The notes under the pieces: generated by a model | What the model saw: only the letters and a program-made list of their open reading frames with translations | What the model was told of the DNA's origin: nothing | Database searches by the model: none | Shown here: positions 1 to 13,917 of the stretch, piece by piece | Position numbering within the stretch: position 1 is the stretch's first letter | Layout: every line of letters starts with the position of its first letter | Assembly (NCBI RefSeq): GCF_037042905.1 | Contig: NC_087251.1 | Span: 26,538,001 to 26,602,000 of the forward strand | DNA length: 64,000 nt | Direction: 5' to 3' | Source: Lytechinus pictus | Lineage: Eukaryota | Made by a program: the position numbers and the translations under genes

Positions 1-474
1 TGCTCTCGGTTTTGCCTAAGTGTAACGATAATCTATTATTAGTCATCCAATCGACACATGTAGACAGCTGTTCACTAAGTTTTTCCTCAACAAATTTTGG
101 GTTGGAATTTGAACAAAGTAGTACGCTATCATCTGCATACAATAATAGTTTACAGTCAGCTTTTATACAAATAGACATGTCATTGATATAAGTTGAAAAT
201 AGAATTGGGCCTAAAATACTTCCCTGTGGAACTCCACAGGTTATAGGCATAATTTTGGAACGAATATCGCGAATAGCCACTACTTGATGTCAATTCGACA
301 AGTAGGATTTGAACCATGCTACAGTAGCCTGGTTAAAACCCATTATTTGTAATTTTTCAATAAGATGCCATGATTAACTGTATCAAATGCTTTTTGAAGA
401 TCTAGGAGTACCATCCCAACGAATTGTCCCTTAGAAATATTAGTTCTCAGATAATCAGTCAAGTGAATAAGGCA
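1..474 (-). mobile_element. LINE (CR1/L2-like) reverse transcriptase fragment, degenerate
   Basis: Minus-strand translation gives VLLDLQKAFDTVNHGILL, WFKSYLS, ITCGVPQGSILGPILFSTYIND, LLLYADD and LSLHLGKTE, all typical non-LTR RT motifs. It contains a stop and frameshifts and runs off the window start. Confidence 0.9.
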
Positions 475-660
475 TGATGATGATGAAGATGATGATGGCG
501 ACGACGATGATGATGAAGAAGAAGAGGAAGATGATGATGAAGAAGAAGAAGAAGAAGATGATGATGATGATGACGAAAATGAAGAGGATGCAGGTGGTAT
601 CAATGACGATGGAAGGGATGATAATGATCCATTGAATTGATAACGCTGATGATGATGTTT
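474..660. repeat. (GAT/GAA)n trinucleotide low-complexity tract
   Basis: Directly visible gatgatgat/gaagaagaa runs. Confidence 0.9.
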
Positions 661-735
661 TCAGATCTCTCTTCAAGCGGGCCTAGGCCATTTCTTTCTT
701 TCTTTCTTTCTTTCCTTCCTTCCTTCCTTCCTTCC

Positions 736-2670
736 CATGGCCCTGGGAAGCGGAAGTGTACCCCCAACATTTTTCTTGGGGATGCTGCGTGTGTTATTTT
801 CCATAGGCAGCACCCCCTGGAAATCTGGTAGGTATGATGACAGAAATGTAATGAAAATGAAAGACGTTTTGTAGGACCCCCCCCCCCCCCCCCCCCACAC
901 ACGCACTTCAGAATTTTCCTACACAGTGCTTAAAATAGTGTTTAAATTCACCCTTTTTCAGATTGGAATATCAAATATTTTCAGCTCGCGCTTCGCGCGC
1001 GCATTATTGATTTTTATAATTAAAAAAATGAATTTAGAATGCCAGATTCTTAGTCTAAATCTAAACACGCGCACGCATGTTTGTTCAGATACGCCACTTG
1101 TTTTTTTTTTTTTTATAAATAATTTATTTAAAGGGGTACTAATCTAAATAGAATAAAATTAACAGAGCAAAATGCTGAAAATTATATCAAAATCCGATAA
1201 CAAATAGTGAAGTTATTCATATTTAATGTTTAGCAATATTTTGTGAAAACAGTGATATGCACGTCGTCATGAATTAATAGATGAGTTGATGATGTCCCAT
1301 CCCCACTATCGTTTTTTCTTATTATCACATGGAATCGAAATTGTTTCATTTTTTTTTTCATTCAAGTGTGAATGATATATCTCCCATGTAATGAAATAAG
1401 TTGCAGCAATGAATATCTAATGCACTAAATAAGTTGCCAATTCAATTGTTTTGGTTTTTAAGGGAAAAATTGAATACACCTATTGTCATATAATAAAATT
1501 CAAAAGTACAAGTGGGGATATAACATCATCAGTTTGCTCATTGAATAGGCCTATTCATGAAGACATGCCTAGAACTGTTTCACCGGTATAATGCAAATCT
1601 TTAACATGCAATTACTTTGTTATTCCTTGTCCAACTTTGTTCAAATCTTCATTATTTTGTTCGTCTGATTTTTTCTTTATCTGTTCAAGCCATATTATCT
1701 TCAGCCTGGAATACCCCTTTGAAACGTGCTTAAATTATAAAATTTCAGATCGGAATATCAGAAAATTTCTGCTCGCGCTTCGCGCTCACATTATCAATAT
1801 AGGAAGATACCCAATTACCCATCCTTTTACTGATTTGCAAATCATGAATAGAACGTCCCGTTCTTAGGTCATAAATCTAAAAAAAAAATGATCGCGCTTG
1901 GCGTTTGCATCAAATGTCTGGTTATTTAATAATACAAAATAATAATAATACAAAACATTTATACAGGGCGCTTAATACGGGCGTTTCTAAGCGCGCTGTG
2001 TTCTGAATTTAACTTTACATGGGATAAAAAATTCAATGGGCATAATAACACAAGGTGTGACAAAAATCATTAAGAGATTAGAAAAGGGCTTAGAACATCC
2101 CTTTACTAGGTCTGAAATCTCAATTTTGTTTCAGCTCTCTCTTCGTGCTCGCATCAATTGTATATTTATATACCTATCTTGTTCATGATTAGAAAAGTGC
2201 TTAGAATGTCCTGTGTTTAAGTCTGAAATCTCAATTTTGTTTCCGCTTGCGCTTCACGCTCGCACCAATTATATAGTTATATCGGCATGATTACAAAAAG
2301 TGTTTAGAATGTCCAGTTTTTAAGGCGGAATGTCAAAACTTTCAGCTCGCGCTTCGCGCTCGCGGTAAATGAAATATTTATTACATATGCATCTTGTTCA
2401 GGACCATAAACATTGCTCAAAATGTTTAATTTTCAGGACAAAATACATGAAATTTCCCAACAAAATTAGCTCGCGCTTCGAACTCGCATTATCTAATTAT
2501 ATATTCTTGTTCTTTTAGAAGAATAAAGCTAAGAAGTGACTGCCATATGTGTGTGTGGGGGTGCACTTGCATGTGTGTATATAAAAAAACAATAGAAAAC
2601 TCAATTGTGTCCCCCACCTTTGAGGAGAGATTTCAGCACCCCCACTGAAAAAATCGTTCCCAGGGCCTTG
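736..2670 (+). mobile_element. Non-autonomous TIR element (hAT-like termini) with internal GCTCGCGCTTCGCGCTCGCA subrepeats
   Basis: Inverted ends catggccctgggaa (736-749) and ttcccagggccttg (2657-2670), with many ~80-bp subrepeats inside. No clear TSD. Confidence 0.6.
1128..1722. mobile_element. TTAA-site MITE (Kolobok/piggyBac-like), nested
   Basis: Ends ttaa-aggggtact...gaatacccct-ttga. The parallel copy of the host element near 2855-2870 shows the empty site ttatTTAAaacatgct. Confidence 0.7.
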
Positions 2671-3560
2671 AGGAACCCCCCACTTCAGAACTTTTCTACA
2701 CAGTGCTTGAAATAGTGCTTAAGTTCACCCTTTTTCAGATCGAAATATCAAATATTTTCAGCTCGCACTTCGCGCTCGCATTATTGATTTGATTGTCATA
2801 ATAAGAAATGTATTTAGAATGCCCTATTCTATGTTTATTCAGATACGCAGCTTTTATTTAAAACATGCTTAAATTAGAAAGTTTCAAATAAAAATATCAA
2901 AAATTTTGTACTCGCGCTTTGCGCCTACATTATCAATGTAAGAAGATACCCAATTACCCACCTTTTTCCTGATTTACAATACATGAATAGAGTGTCCCGT
3001 TTTCAGGTCTGAAATCTCAATTTTGTTTCCGCTCGCATCCTGTTCATTATGAAAAAGTGCATAGAATGTCCCGGTTTTAGGTCTAAAATCTCAAATTTGT
3101 TTCCGCTCGGGCTTCGCGCTCGCAACAATTGTATAGTTGTATATTTATCCTGTTCATGATTAGAAAAGAGCTTAGAATGTCCCGTTTTTAAGTTTCAAAA
3201 CTTAAATTTGTTTCCGCTTGCGTTTCGCGCTCTCATCAACTGTATAGTTATATACATATTTTGTTCATGATTGCAAAAATTTCTTAGAATGTCCAGTTTT
3301 TAGGTCGCAATGTCAAAATTTATTCATGGGTTACTGCAAACAGTCCGTATAACAGGTCCCTTTTCGATCAGGCCAGAACGTATATTAAAATATCTGATCG
3401 CGCTCTCAGTAATTATAAACATTACAAACATTGCTAAAAAATTTTAATTTTCAAGACAAAACATGCACCTGAAATTCCCAAAAATTTTAGCTCGCACTTC
3501 GCGCTCGCACGCTCGCACTATATTTAATATCTATGTTCTTTTATAAGAATAAAGCTATGT
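2671..3560 (+). repeat. Second, partial copy of the interior of the 736-2670 element
   Basis: aggaacccc...cacttcagaa...ctacacagtgctt parallels 873-1000. It has the same subrepeat series and the same agaataaagcta end. Confidence 0.7.
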
Positions 3561-4425
3561 AGTCATATATATTTCTATTAAATTTCTACTATTAAAGGAA
3601 ATAATCTAAGTGTAGAAAAAAAATCTGCCTTTCGACGATCAACCTGATGTTGAAACCCAAAGCAGAAACGAATCAAGATAAAAATGATTCTATCGTTGGA
3701 AGAGGTAGTGGGAAGGAAAAGAAGCCGAATGAATGGATGATGATATGGTGATGGTAGTAATGATGCGGTAATGAATCTTGATGCAGGGGCCGATCTAAAT
3801 TTTTAAATCTGTTCTGAAATAACGAATTTTTAGATCATGCAAGCAGAAATCTTTGGTCGGTTGGTGTCTGGTCAAGGCCCCGTTCCATAAAAATTCATAT
3901 TATTGTAAATTTGCCATCCAGTTGTAACCATAACGCTGATCAACAGCCATTCAAAATGAAGGATTCCATGCAAGTTACCATTGCATAACTTTTATGCAAC
4001 GGGGTCCTGTATTATATTATAGGCGTACTTGACATGGAAGCAGAGGTGGGGGCGACACAGTTGGGACAGTCAAAATCATATAGCTATGGCTGAGCAAGTG
4101 TACGTTTTGAGCACTTTCCTGATTATTCCTTTCTAATTTGTAAGCATGAATACCATATGTATCTCACTAAATGAAAATACCTCGTTCGGGGGGGGGGGGG
4201 ATGGGCATGGCGAATATATCGATTTGCTTCCCCACTAATTTTGACAATAGTATTCAATGCAAAAATATGTTTGAAAAAAAGAAAACATCGGAAAGCACTA
4301 TGAAACATAAGCGGCGGAAGGGGAGGGACAAGGGGGACACGTGCCCCCTAATGTCCCCCCCCCCCAATTTTAAGGAGAAGGTGACGGTCCCCCCCCCCCC
4401 GCAAAAAAAAAGAAAAGAAGGAGGA

Positions 4426-4643
<218 letters not shown>

Positions 4644-5295
4644 AAAAAAATTAAAGAAAGGAAAAAAGGAAGAGGAAAAAGATGACAAGTAAACTGAACA
4701 GCTGAAACAAAGAAATATTAAAACCTATATAGAGTAGTAAAAAAAATGGCAGTTGTGAAGTTGTTTAGAAATACTTGACAACCAACAAAAAAGTTTTTTG
4801 CACCTAAATAAGAGAGATTTAGGACAAATTTCTCGATAATAATTAAAACCCTATCAATAAACATCTTGGCGGTGACTCTACTCTCATATGCTTCCCAGGG
4901 CGAACGGGCTTTTGTTAAATATCCTTCTGCGCAATCATGTTACAAAAAATTAACGAATAGTAGTGAAAAGACTGGAAACACAAAAATTATTGAAAGAAAT
5001 AGATTTGAGTCTGAAAATGCGCGCAAATTTCCAAGCTCACTCTCTACGCTAGCTTGCATTTCATATTTTTTCCATTCTAAAACCTCCTAATTTCCCAAAT
5101 TTACAATTTAATTCAATTCGGTTATTGCATTAAAGACATTCGGAAGACTGGCACATACAAAGTTCACAGAATATAGAAAAATACCTTAAAAAAACAAATA
5201 AAAAATTATGAAGAGCACGATTAATTGTCGCAATTCAGGGTGATATACATCGTCAGTGATGAATAAGTTTTTTTCTTTAAATCGTATTGGTCCTG

Positions 5296-5477
5296 GGGGC
5301 CGTTTCATAAATCTGTTTCTAAGTTAAGAGCGACTTTAAGAACGACTGGTGAACATTTCTTACGCGCTAAATAATCACAATGAACATTAATGGTGAATAT
5401 CATTTACCATAAAAAAAGGATCACCAGTCGTTCTTAAAGTCGCTCTTAACTTACGAACAGCTTTTTGAAACACCCGC
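5296..5477. mobile_element. Palindromic MITE (PIF/Harbinger-like), CTG TSD
   Basis: Long inverted arms (taagttaagagcgactttaagaacgactggtga / tcaccagtcgttcttaaagtcgctcttaactta) with ctg on both sides. A half copy lies at about 46780-46873. Confidence 0.75.
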
Positions 5478-5517
5478 CTGGTCCTATCTTTAAACAACAA
5501 AGTGTTCTACTTGGATT

Positions 5518-5520
<3 letters not shown>

Positions 5521-5572
<52 letters not shown>
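5521..5572. repeat. (TA)n microsatellite
   Basis: Directly visible. Confidence 0.97.
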
Positions 5573-5578
<6 letters not shown>

Positions 5579-5770
5579 GGAGAAGAGAGCAAGATAAGAA
5601 GAAAAAGAAATGTGAATAAAATAATGGGAGGGGATAATTGGAAAATGAAAAAAAAATATCGGGTCATTACATAAAAATGAAAATTTCGCTCACACTTCGC
5701 GCTCGCATTTCCTGTTAAGTGAAATAATCTGCTCACTAGGATACCATGGAGCTTTGAATATCAAATTTTA

Positions 5771-7300
5771 AAGTCAATATGCACAAATTATTTTGCTCGA
5801 GATTCGAGTTTCTATTGCATTCTGTTCATGCTTACAAAAAGTGTTAAATAATGAAAACAAATCAGCTAGCGCTACGCGCTGGCATTATTTGACAGGCAAA
5901 TTTAGTGAGATATAAAAAATTGTATTCTCTTCATGTATTACAGAAAACAGTAATTCAAGTGTTACCGTTTCAAGTCAGTATATCACTTATTTTCATCTCG
6001 CATCAATTGTTTAGTAACATATCAACAAGTCAATATGCACAAATTATTTTGCTCGAGATTCGAGTTTCTATTGCATTCTGTTCATGCTTACAAAAAGTGT
6101 TAAATAATGAAAACAAATCAGCTAGCGCTACGCGCTGGCATTATTTGACAGGCAAATTTAGTGAGATATAAAAAATTGTATTCTCTTCATGTATTACAGA
6201 AAACAGTAATTCAAGTGTTACCGTTTCAAGTCAGTATATCACTTATTTTCATCTCGCATCAATTGTTTAGTAACATATCAACAAGTCAATATGCACAAAT
6301 TATTTTGCTCGAGATTCGAGTTTCTATTGCATTCTGTTCATGCTTACAAAAAGTGTTAAATAATGAAAACAAATCAGCTAGCGCTACGCGCTGGCATTAT
6401 TTGACAGGCAAATTTAGTGAGATATAAAAAATTGTATTCTCTTCATGTATTACAGAAAACAGTAATTCAAGTGTTACCGTTTCAAGTCAGTATATCACTT
6501 ATTTTCATCTCGCATCAATTGTTTAGTAACATATCAACAAGTCAATATGCACAAATTATTTTGCTCGAGATTCGAGTTTCTATTGCATTCTGTTCATGCT
6601 TACAAAAAGTGTTAAATAATGAAAACAAATCAGCTAGCGCTACGCGCTGGCATTATTTGACAGGCAAATTTAGTGAGATATAAAAAATTGTATTCTCTTC
6701 ATGTATTACAGAAAACAGTAATTCAAGTGTTACCGTTTCAAGTCAGTATATCACTTATTTTCATCTCGCATCAATTGTTTAGTAACATATCAACAAGTCA
6801 ATATGCACAAATTATTTTGCTCGAGATTCGAGTTTCTATTGCATTCTGTTCATGCTTACAAAAAGTGTTAAATAATGAAAACAAATCAGCTAGCGCTACG
6901 CGCTGGCATTATTTGACAGGCAAATTTAGTGAGATATAAAAAATTGTATTCTCTTCATGTATTACAGAAAACAGTAATTCAAGTGTTACCGTTTCAAGTC
7001 AGTATATCACTTATTTTCATCTCGCATCAATTGTTTAGTAACATATCAACAAGTCAATATGCACACATTATTTTGCTCGAGATTCGAGTTTCTATTGCAT
7101 TCTGTTCATGCTTACAAAAAGTGTTAAATAATGAAAAAAAAATCAGCTAGCGCTACGCGCTGGCATTATTTGACAGGCAAATTTAGTGAGATATAAAAAA
7201 TTGTATTCTCTTCATGTATTACAGAAAACAGTAATTCAAGTGTTACCGTTTCAAGTCAGTATATCACTTATTTTCATCTCGCATCAATTGTTTAGTAACA
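5771..7300 (+). repeat. 256-bp tandem repeat, about 6 near-identical copies
   Basis: Unit start aagtcaatatgcac recurs at 5771, 6027, 6283, 6539, 6795 and 7051. The ORF track shows identical 88-aa ORFs at 256-bp spacing. Confidence 0.97.
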
Positions 7301-8539
7301 ATTGTTTAGTGACCTGTCCATCCTGTTAATCGTTTCGAAAAGTGCTTAGAATCCGAGGTTTTGGGTCAAAATATAATATCACTTTTTTAACTCGCGCTTC
7401 GCGCTCGCATCAGTTGCTTAGATAGATACCCATGCTTCATGGTCACATGCAAGTGTATTAGAATTTTAAGGTTTGGGTCGGACTGACATAAAAAACGTTC
7501 AGCTCGTGCTTTGCTCTTGCATAAAATGTTTAGTTAGATAGCCATTCTGTTCATGATTATCAAAAGTGCTCAGAATGTCCAAATTTTAGGTCAGATTATC
7601 AAAAATTTCCACCTCGCGGTTCGCGTTCGCATCAATCGTTTAGATAGATACCCATCCTGTTCATGGTCATAAAATTGGTTTGATAGAATGTCCAGTTTTG
7701 TGTTGGAATATCAAAAATTTTCAGCTTGCGCCACACTACCCATCCTGCTTGATGACCCAAAGTGCTTAGAATGTCACAATTTTAGGTCAGGTTATCAAAA
7801 ATTTTCAGCTCGGTCTTCGCGCTCGCACAAAAGGTTAATTTTTTTAGATACTATCCTGTTCATCATTCATGTTCATGGTATGGGGGTGCCAGTTTTCGAA
7901 AAGTACACAATGGCACCACAGTCAGGTGGGCCCACGGTGCAAATGCGCCTGCCTTGTTAGATATCTCATCAAGTTTGTAAGAAAAACTAAGATGTACTTA
8001 AAAGTACAGACTTTCGTGCAGACTACCCCATAAACAAAAATATTTAAAAAAACAGCTTTTAGCAGCCGACTGGGAAAATACGGGCGAAAATATATTTTCC
8101 GTCCCCCTATTTTTTTATGCTTCCGCCGCCAATACTATGAAACCATTATATTTGACATTAAAATACTATTATACATAGAAAACTATTAAAAAAAAATTAT
8201 GTTTTGACAAATTTGACATTATATGACCAGCTTGAATGAATACACAATGCTAAACCAATGGTCATTCCACAATACATGTTCAGGGAGGAACAAAACTTTG
8301 TTTCATGTGGCTGGGAGAAAAGTGCCCGAGCAAAGAAAAAACTTCGAAGATGAAAGGGGTACTGAACGCGTTTTTAATGGAGCATTTTTATTGGGTTAAC
8401 ATAAAAGGAGCATACCGGTATATAATGTTTCAAAACGTTGCTGAGCAGGGGCACTTTGTCCGCATTCCCGCGCGGAGCACCTGGCGCCCCCGGATACTGA
8501 CGACGATGATAGTCAATGATGATGATGAAGATAACACTC

Positions 8540-9260
8540 TCGGGGATATTTTGTTCAATGTATTGCCGTTGGTGGGCGTAAGGGCCTTCCGACTGTTGAT
8601 TGATAAAATGCATTCGTTTTCGTGTGCAATTTCCTTTGCCCAGCGGTTGGTGGATTCATGTGTTGACCAGCCCAATGCTTTTTCTTTCTTCTTTCTGAGA
8701 GTGTATGATGTGTGGAGGGAAACAAATATCCATTTATATGTATCCAATGAAGACAGAAACGTAATCTGGTCATTTGCCTGTGTCGGGGTATATTATGTGC
8801 AATCATTTGAATTTATGTAATGCCCTGGAAGTCACATGTTGTTTTTCTTTCTCTCTCACACCCCCTCTCTCTCCCACCAGCCCTCACCCTCTCACTCTGT
8901 CTCCTCTCTCTTTTACTCTCCCCCTTTTTCATTCCTTCTCTTCTATTTTTTTTTATTTCACCTTTGTATGTACCATCTCTCCCTTCTTTTATTTCTACCT
9001 CTCTTTTTTTAACTGCTTTAGTTCCCGTTTTTCTTCTACATACTGTACTTCTTTATAATAATTTCATGCTTGTTTTAATACTTTGATTCGGGGTAATTAT
9101 AGTAATGTATTGTATACGCTATTATGTTAATGTAATCTATGTTATTTATGTATGCCCTGCTTGTTCTGTTACTCAGATATGTCCTGGGCGTTCCTTTCTT
9201 CTATGTTTGTATATATTTTATTCCTTTGTTTGAACGATTTGAATGTTAATAAAGTGATGA
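8540..9260 (+). mobile_element. Possible L1/Tx1-type LINE 3' fragment (Zn-knuckle remnant plus pyrimidine-rich 3' UTR)
   Basis: A frameshifted C-M-M-C-G...E-T-N-I-H-L-Y resembles the CxxC..ET..H knuckle of L1/Tx1 ORF2. A CT-rich tract and an aataaa near 9248 follow. Confidence 0.35.
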
Positions 9261-9779
9261 ATTACTACAGTAGGTAGTGAAGATAAGCGGGACGGCGGCA
9301 TGGTATTTTTATGGGGAAGGGGGCAACCTATTTTTCTCAACTGAATTACAGGGATATAAACTAGTAACAGGCAGAAAATACTTACACTAGTACATTTTTT
9401 TCTTCTGCTCTTCTTTCTCCTCTCCTCTCTTAACTTTCTCTCTTTTTTTGATGCCCTTATATAAGCAGCCTTCGATCCCTGAATGATGATGATGATGATG
9501 ACGATATGGTGACGACGTACGATGATGAGTGATGTTGTTGATGATAGTGATGACGATAATGATGATCGAGGATGATGTTGTTGATGATGATGGTGGTGAT
9601 GGTGCTAATGTTGTAGTTGTTGTTAATGCCGGGTGTTTAATGATTATGATGACAAAGATGATGGATCATATCAATGATTTGAATGCCAGGATTTGAAGGT
9701 TGCAGGGCCTCTTTGTAAATCAGTTCTATAACTGAAAGGGCTACCCTGCGTAAATAAAACTAAAATAAATAAATAAATA

Positions 9780-9943
9780 AAGGTCGAGGTCATAGAGATA
9801 TAGATTATTTTGAGCCAAACTTGCGATATCCGTAACCTGCGCCAGGGTATTTCCGTTTCTTAATGGTACCGGTACCCGGATGTAACTGGCCATTGCATTA
9901 GAGCAAATTTAGATCGCAGTTTGCTGTAGATACGGTAACAAAA
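9780..9943 (+). promoter_or_regulatory. Putative core promoter and 5' UTR of calcineurin B
   Basis: Locally CpG-rich segment just before the ATG/donor. It contains an ETS-like ccggatgt (9876-9883), a YY1-like gccatt (9889-9894) and the palindrome ggtaccggtacc. Confidence 0.5.
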
Positions 9944-9946
9944 ATG
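9944..9946 (+). CDS. PPP3R1: Calcineurin subunit B, coding exon 1 (ATG only)
   Basis: aaaaATG|gtgagt gives a good initiation context plus a canonical donor. Exon 2 begins at Gly2 and needs an upstream ATG. The known PPP3R1 first coding exon also contributes only the ATG. Confidence 0.8.
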
Positions 9947-11796
9947 GTGAGTGTTTGTTGCACATTCTGTATTTTTTGTGAAATATATTTAAATTTTATG
10001 TGTAATTCTTGTTTCAGAGTGGATTTTGAAAATTTTATTTAAAACATCGTCGTATTCATTAAGTAATTGCATAAGTAATTGACTGGCCCTCCCATAATTT
10101 TGCTGCAGGACAACTCCCAGTGCAGTCCCATACGTTCACGATCGTGTGAAGCCCGTCTCGGGCTACACTACGATTGGTTGCAACTGGATATTTGAAAGAA
10201 ATAGTGATAGGATGTTTTATACAATATCTAAAAAGTATATTCATTCTTATTAATGGATATCCTGAATTTCTGAATGAGTAATCATATAGAGAATGCTTAG
10301 TCAGTGTACAAGTCGCAGACCAAAATTTTCTTTCTCTGTCTTGTCTTGAGTTGACTTGTCTTGCGTCGCATTTTTTGTAAAAATAAAATTTTCTCTGGCT
10401 CTGCTCTCGTCAGTCTCACTATGACAGAAGCTAGGCTTAACTTAAGTGTAAGTTAGCATATCAACTACTTGATGGGACTTGGAGCTGTAGGTAGTCATGA
10501 CAAATATGCACCTGAAATATAAAAATTAACAAAAAAAAATCACTTCTTTTTCCATTCATAATTAATTAGAAATCACAAGCTGTGCTTTCTGAGTTGTTTT
10601 GTTCAAGTTCATAAAATGTATTGATGCTTTTTTTTGTTGGAAATAAATGTACTTCATTCAATAGCCAGAGTCTAGTGAAATAGAGCAACTGCTCCGGTGT
10701 GCTGCCATGGGCCAGTCTGCAGCAGGTTCAGAAAACTCAGCATTGTACATCATGTACCACTGAACTCGGCAACACACTCTGTACATACTCACCACACATT
10801 CACTAGCTCACTATTACACAACATAATCATCCGATGACTTGGACAGTGAAATTTTCTCATCTAAATGACCATATCTCAAGTAAAAAACGTCACACTCGCC
10901 ATTTCTTAACATCGCAGTTAAGAAATAAGGGGTCTAAAAACTGGATCTTTCATGGTCTGCCCAATGTTCGCGGATTTTAGAAACATGTCCTCATGTAAAA
11001 ATGGCACTTTTATCAGCTGATGCAATTTTTCCCTGGAAGTCATATTATGGTTAAAAAAATAATAAAAAACATGACAAGTTACGACAGTAATGCCGCAAAC
11101 CTGCAGTCCCTAGGTGTGGCCGTTGAAAGTGCGCGCGCAATTTTTACATGCTTTTGTAATGGAACTTAGCAGCATTCGCACACCATTTAGAGGCAAATCT
11201 CAGCTGCCTCACAGAGCTCGCGGGATCGCATAGGAAATGTACGTCGGGCTGAACACTGGCGCACTGCGATTGTCATCCGTCAAACTTTCTTGATGACAAA
11301 GGGAAGTATGATCAGTCCTTTTCAAATGATATGTATGGATTTTTTAGTTTGTGCAAAATAGTTACAGGGTGGAAAACACTTAAAGGGCCGCATACTGGCG
11401 CAGTTACTCTATATGTTCCTAATTAATTTCAAAGAAGTATGATGTGAATTAAGGGAATATCTGGTCAATTTAAGGTATTTCTAGTCACTTTTCCCCAAAC
11501 AGTTTAAACGTTTACCAAAATTTGTAAACATTTTGAGTGTTAATGGTCATTTTAACGTCGGTTAACCGTTATGACTCGGGTTTAGTAATAATGGTTACTC
11601 AAGTAGCTTTGCCAACAGAAATAGATGGGCTTAGAGATGAATCTCAGTGATGTCACGGTCACACTGATCATGCTGATTGATAGGGTCTGACAAGAAGGAT
11701 CATCTTTGTTAACTAGGATTGTTTCATGTAACTTCTGAAGGTTTCCATGGCTAAGAAGAAGGATGTAGTGGGTTTCACAATAGGCCTACCTTCTGT

Positions 11797-11945
11797 GGGC
11801 AATTTTTGGTCCTAAAAAGGACCACCTAAATTCAAAATTTTGACAGGTGTGTTCTTGATTCTTCTGAGGACGACAAGAACAAACTTGTTGAAAAGTAGAG
11901 TTTGGGCGGTCCTTTTCAGGACAAACAATTACCCACGAAAGATAC
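11797..11945. repeat. Degenerate palindrome with a hammerhead-like motif (possible Penelope-like remnant)
   Basis: Arms ggtcctaaaaaggaccacc...gtgtgttcttg and caagaacaaacttg...ggcggtccttttcaggac. A related half copy lies at 12620-12727. Confidence 0.55.
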
Positions 11946-12422
11946 AAGGATTGTTTCATTTGTAATGATTTCTCCACACAAGAAATCCATGAAAGTTCAT
12001 TCACCTGCCAAGTGCTAAGACTATTGGAATGGTATCAGGTTCCATGATATTAACAAGTCCTTTGGGATGTTTGGAAGACTGCAAGTCATAAAATATACAC
12101 CGGAGTAGAGGGTAGTCTAATTGATGACATAGAATGTACTTGTAGCACTCAATTCCTGTAATTGCAATCCAAGCCCTGCAGAGCCAGGGTGAATTGAGAA
12201 AAAAATTGTCCTCATAAACAGGGATAATCTCAATTTTTAATCATTTGATTTATTTATTTTCTACTTAAGTGTGCTTTTGTTTTTATGCTTTGTAACATAT
12301 ATTTTAGAAAAAAGTATGATTTCTTATTGGACAACTTTTATGTACATTGTAGATGTAGTCTTTTCAAGACTAGAGATTTAGGATAATCAAAAATACAATT
12401 TTCTTTTGGACATGGGCTATAG

Positions 12423-13837
12423 CAAGGCTCCACATTAACTTTTTTTGGTGGTGGCCCGTTCGGGCCACCAAAACCATCAAATAATTATTTTTGGTGGCCC
12501 GATATTAAAGTTTGGTGGCCCGAAAAATATAAAGAAAAACATTAAAAATGAATAAAACAAACTTCTGAAATATTAATTCTGCAGCCACTACCACTAAGTT
12601 CCTTTCACTTTATATGTAGTAGGTTTCACGGTACACCATGTATCTTTCTTGGGCATATGTTGGTCCTGAAAAGGACCACCCAATCTCGACGTTTCGACAA
12701 GTGTGTTCTTGTCGTCCTCCTGAGGAGGAAGAAGCCATTACATATATTTTCAACAGCTGTGGCAACAGTCTATTCTGACTGGAATATAATTAAAAGCCAA
12801 GCATATAATTTTCACTTACCTTTTGGGAATGGCACATTTCTATTTTTATATCCTTTAGTTTGTATTATTTTATTTTCAGTAGAAACATATTTTTTAATCA
12901 GGCATATTCAATGGGAAGGGGTATAAATGGTTTAACCACCGTCAAAAAAAAATGAAAGAAAAAAAAAGAAAACGGAAAAAACTATATTGGAAAAAAAGTG
13001 TGAGAAAAGTCCTTCCCTATATTTGCCAAAATGTTGGAAAAAAAATCACATTTCATATCAATGAAATGCCTTCCCAAAGTATTTACTTTCTCAACAGTGG
13101 TTTAAGAAGTCATTTATAAACAAGAAAGAAAGAAACTGTTTGTTTAAGGCTAGAAAATACACAGCTTCGAAAGAAACCAAGTATCAACATACATACAAAT
13201 GCACACGTGGGACTGTGATGTACTTGCCTATGTGTTTTTATGTGTATTAATTCATGTGGAAATCGGTCTTTTTGAGTCAAAAGAGAGGTCATAATTCCTC
13301 TTCTTAATACTTGCAAATAATCAGGGTACACCAGATTTTCGTAATATGGACTGTAGAATTTCATTTCATTGGTGTAAAAGGTGACTTTGACTTAGATTTT
13401 CAAAGTTCTGTGGAAGATTTCTCAGCAGCAACATTTTTTATCGCAGCTCCCTGAGTCTGAATAGGCTGAGCTAGATCTAGAGCACAGCTGTACTGTATGC
13501 AGTGCAGTGGCTTCATGCAAAGCTCACGCCAGCCGGCCGGCGCGGCTGGCTGGATAATAGCTACTGTATGCTATAGCTGTAGGCCTAATATGCAAACTGT
13601 GTGTGTGTGTGTATTTGTGTGTAGATCAACAAAAAAGGCGCATGACGAACTGGCTTGCAATTTGAGCTGTAGAAAGTTGATAAATGCGTGCAAAATTGGG
13701 AGAAAAATTGCGCTACTTTGAAAATTATTGGTTGCCCGATTCGGGCCACCAAAACTTAACATTTTATCAATAATGGTTGCCCGAGGTGAATTTTTGGTGG
13801 CCCCGGGCCACCGGGCCACCGCTAATGTCGAGCCTTG
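12423..13837 (+). mobile_element. Non-autonomous hAT-like element
   Basis: TIRs caaggctccacatta / taatgtcgagccttg, subterminal ggtggcccg/cgggccacc repeats at both ends, and an imperfect TSD (gctatag / cctatag). Confidence 0.8.
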
Positions 13838-13917
13838 CCTATAGTCATATAATGAACTTTCTTTTGTGTTAATATATTTGTAATTAGATCCAATTTGTTG
13901 TGTGTCCTGTTAGTGCT

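Noticed and set aside
900..3560. Regularly spaced GCTCGCGCTTCGCGCTCGCA motif as a CRISPR-like array
   Set aside because: The spacers are homologous to each other, the context is eukaryotic and there are no cas genes. These are TE-internal subrepeats.
5905..7150. Five repeated 73-88 aa ORFs
   Set aside because: By-products of the 256-bp satellite, with GTG starts and no recognisable domain.
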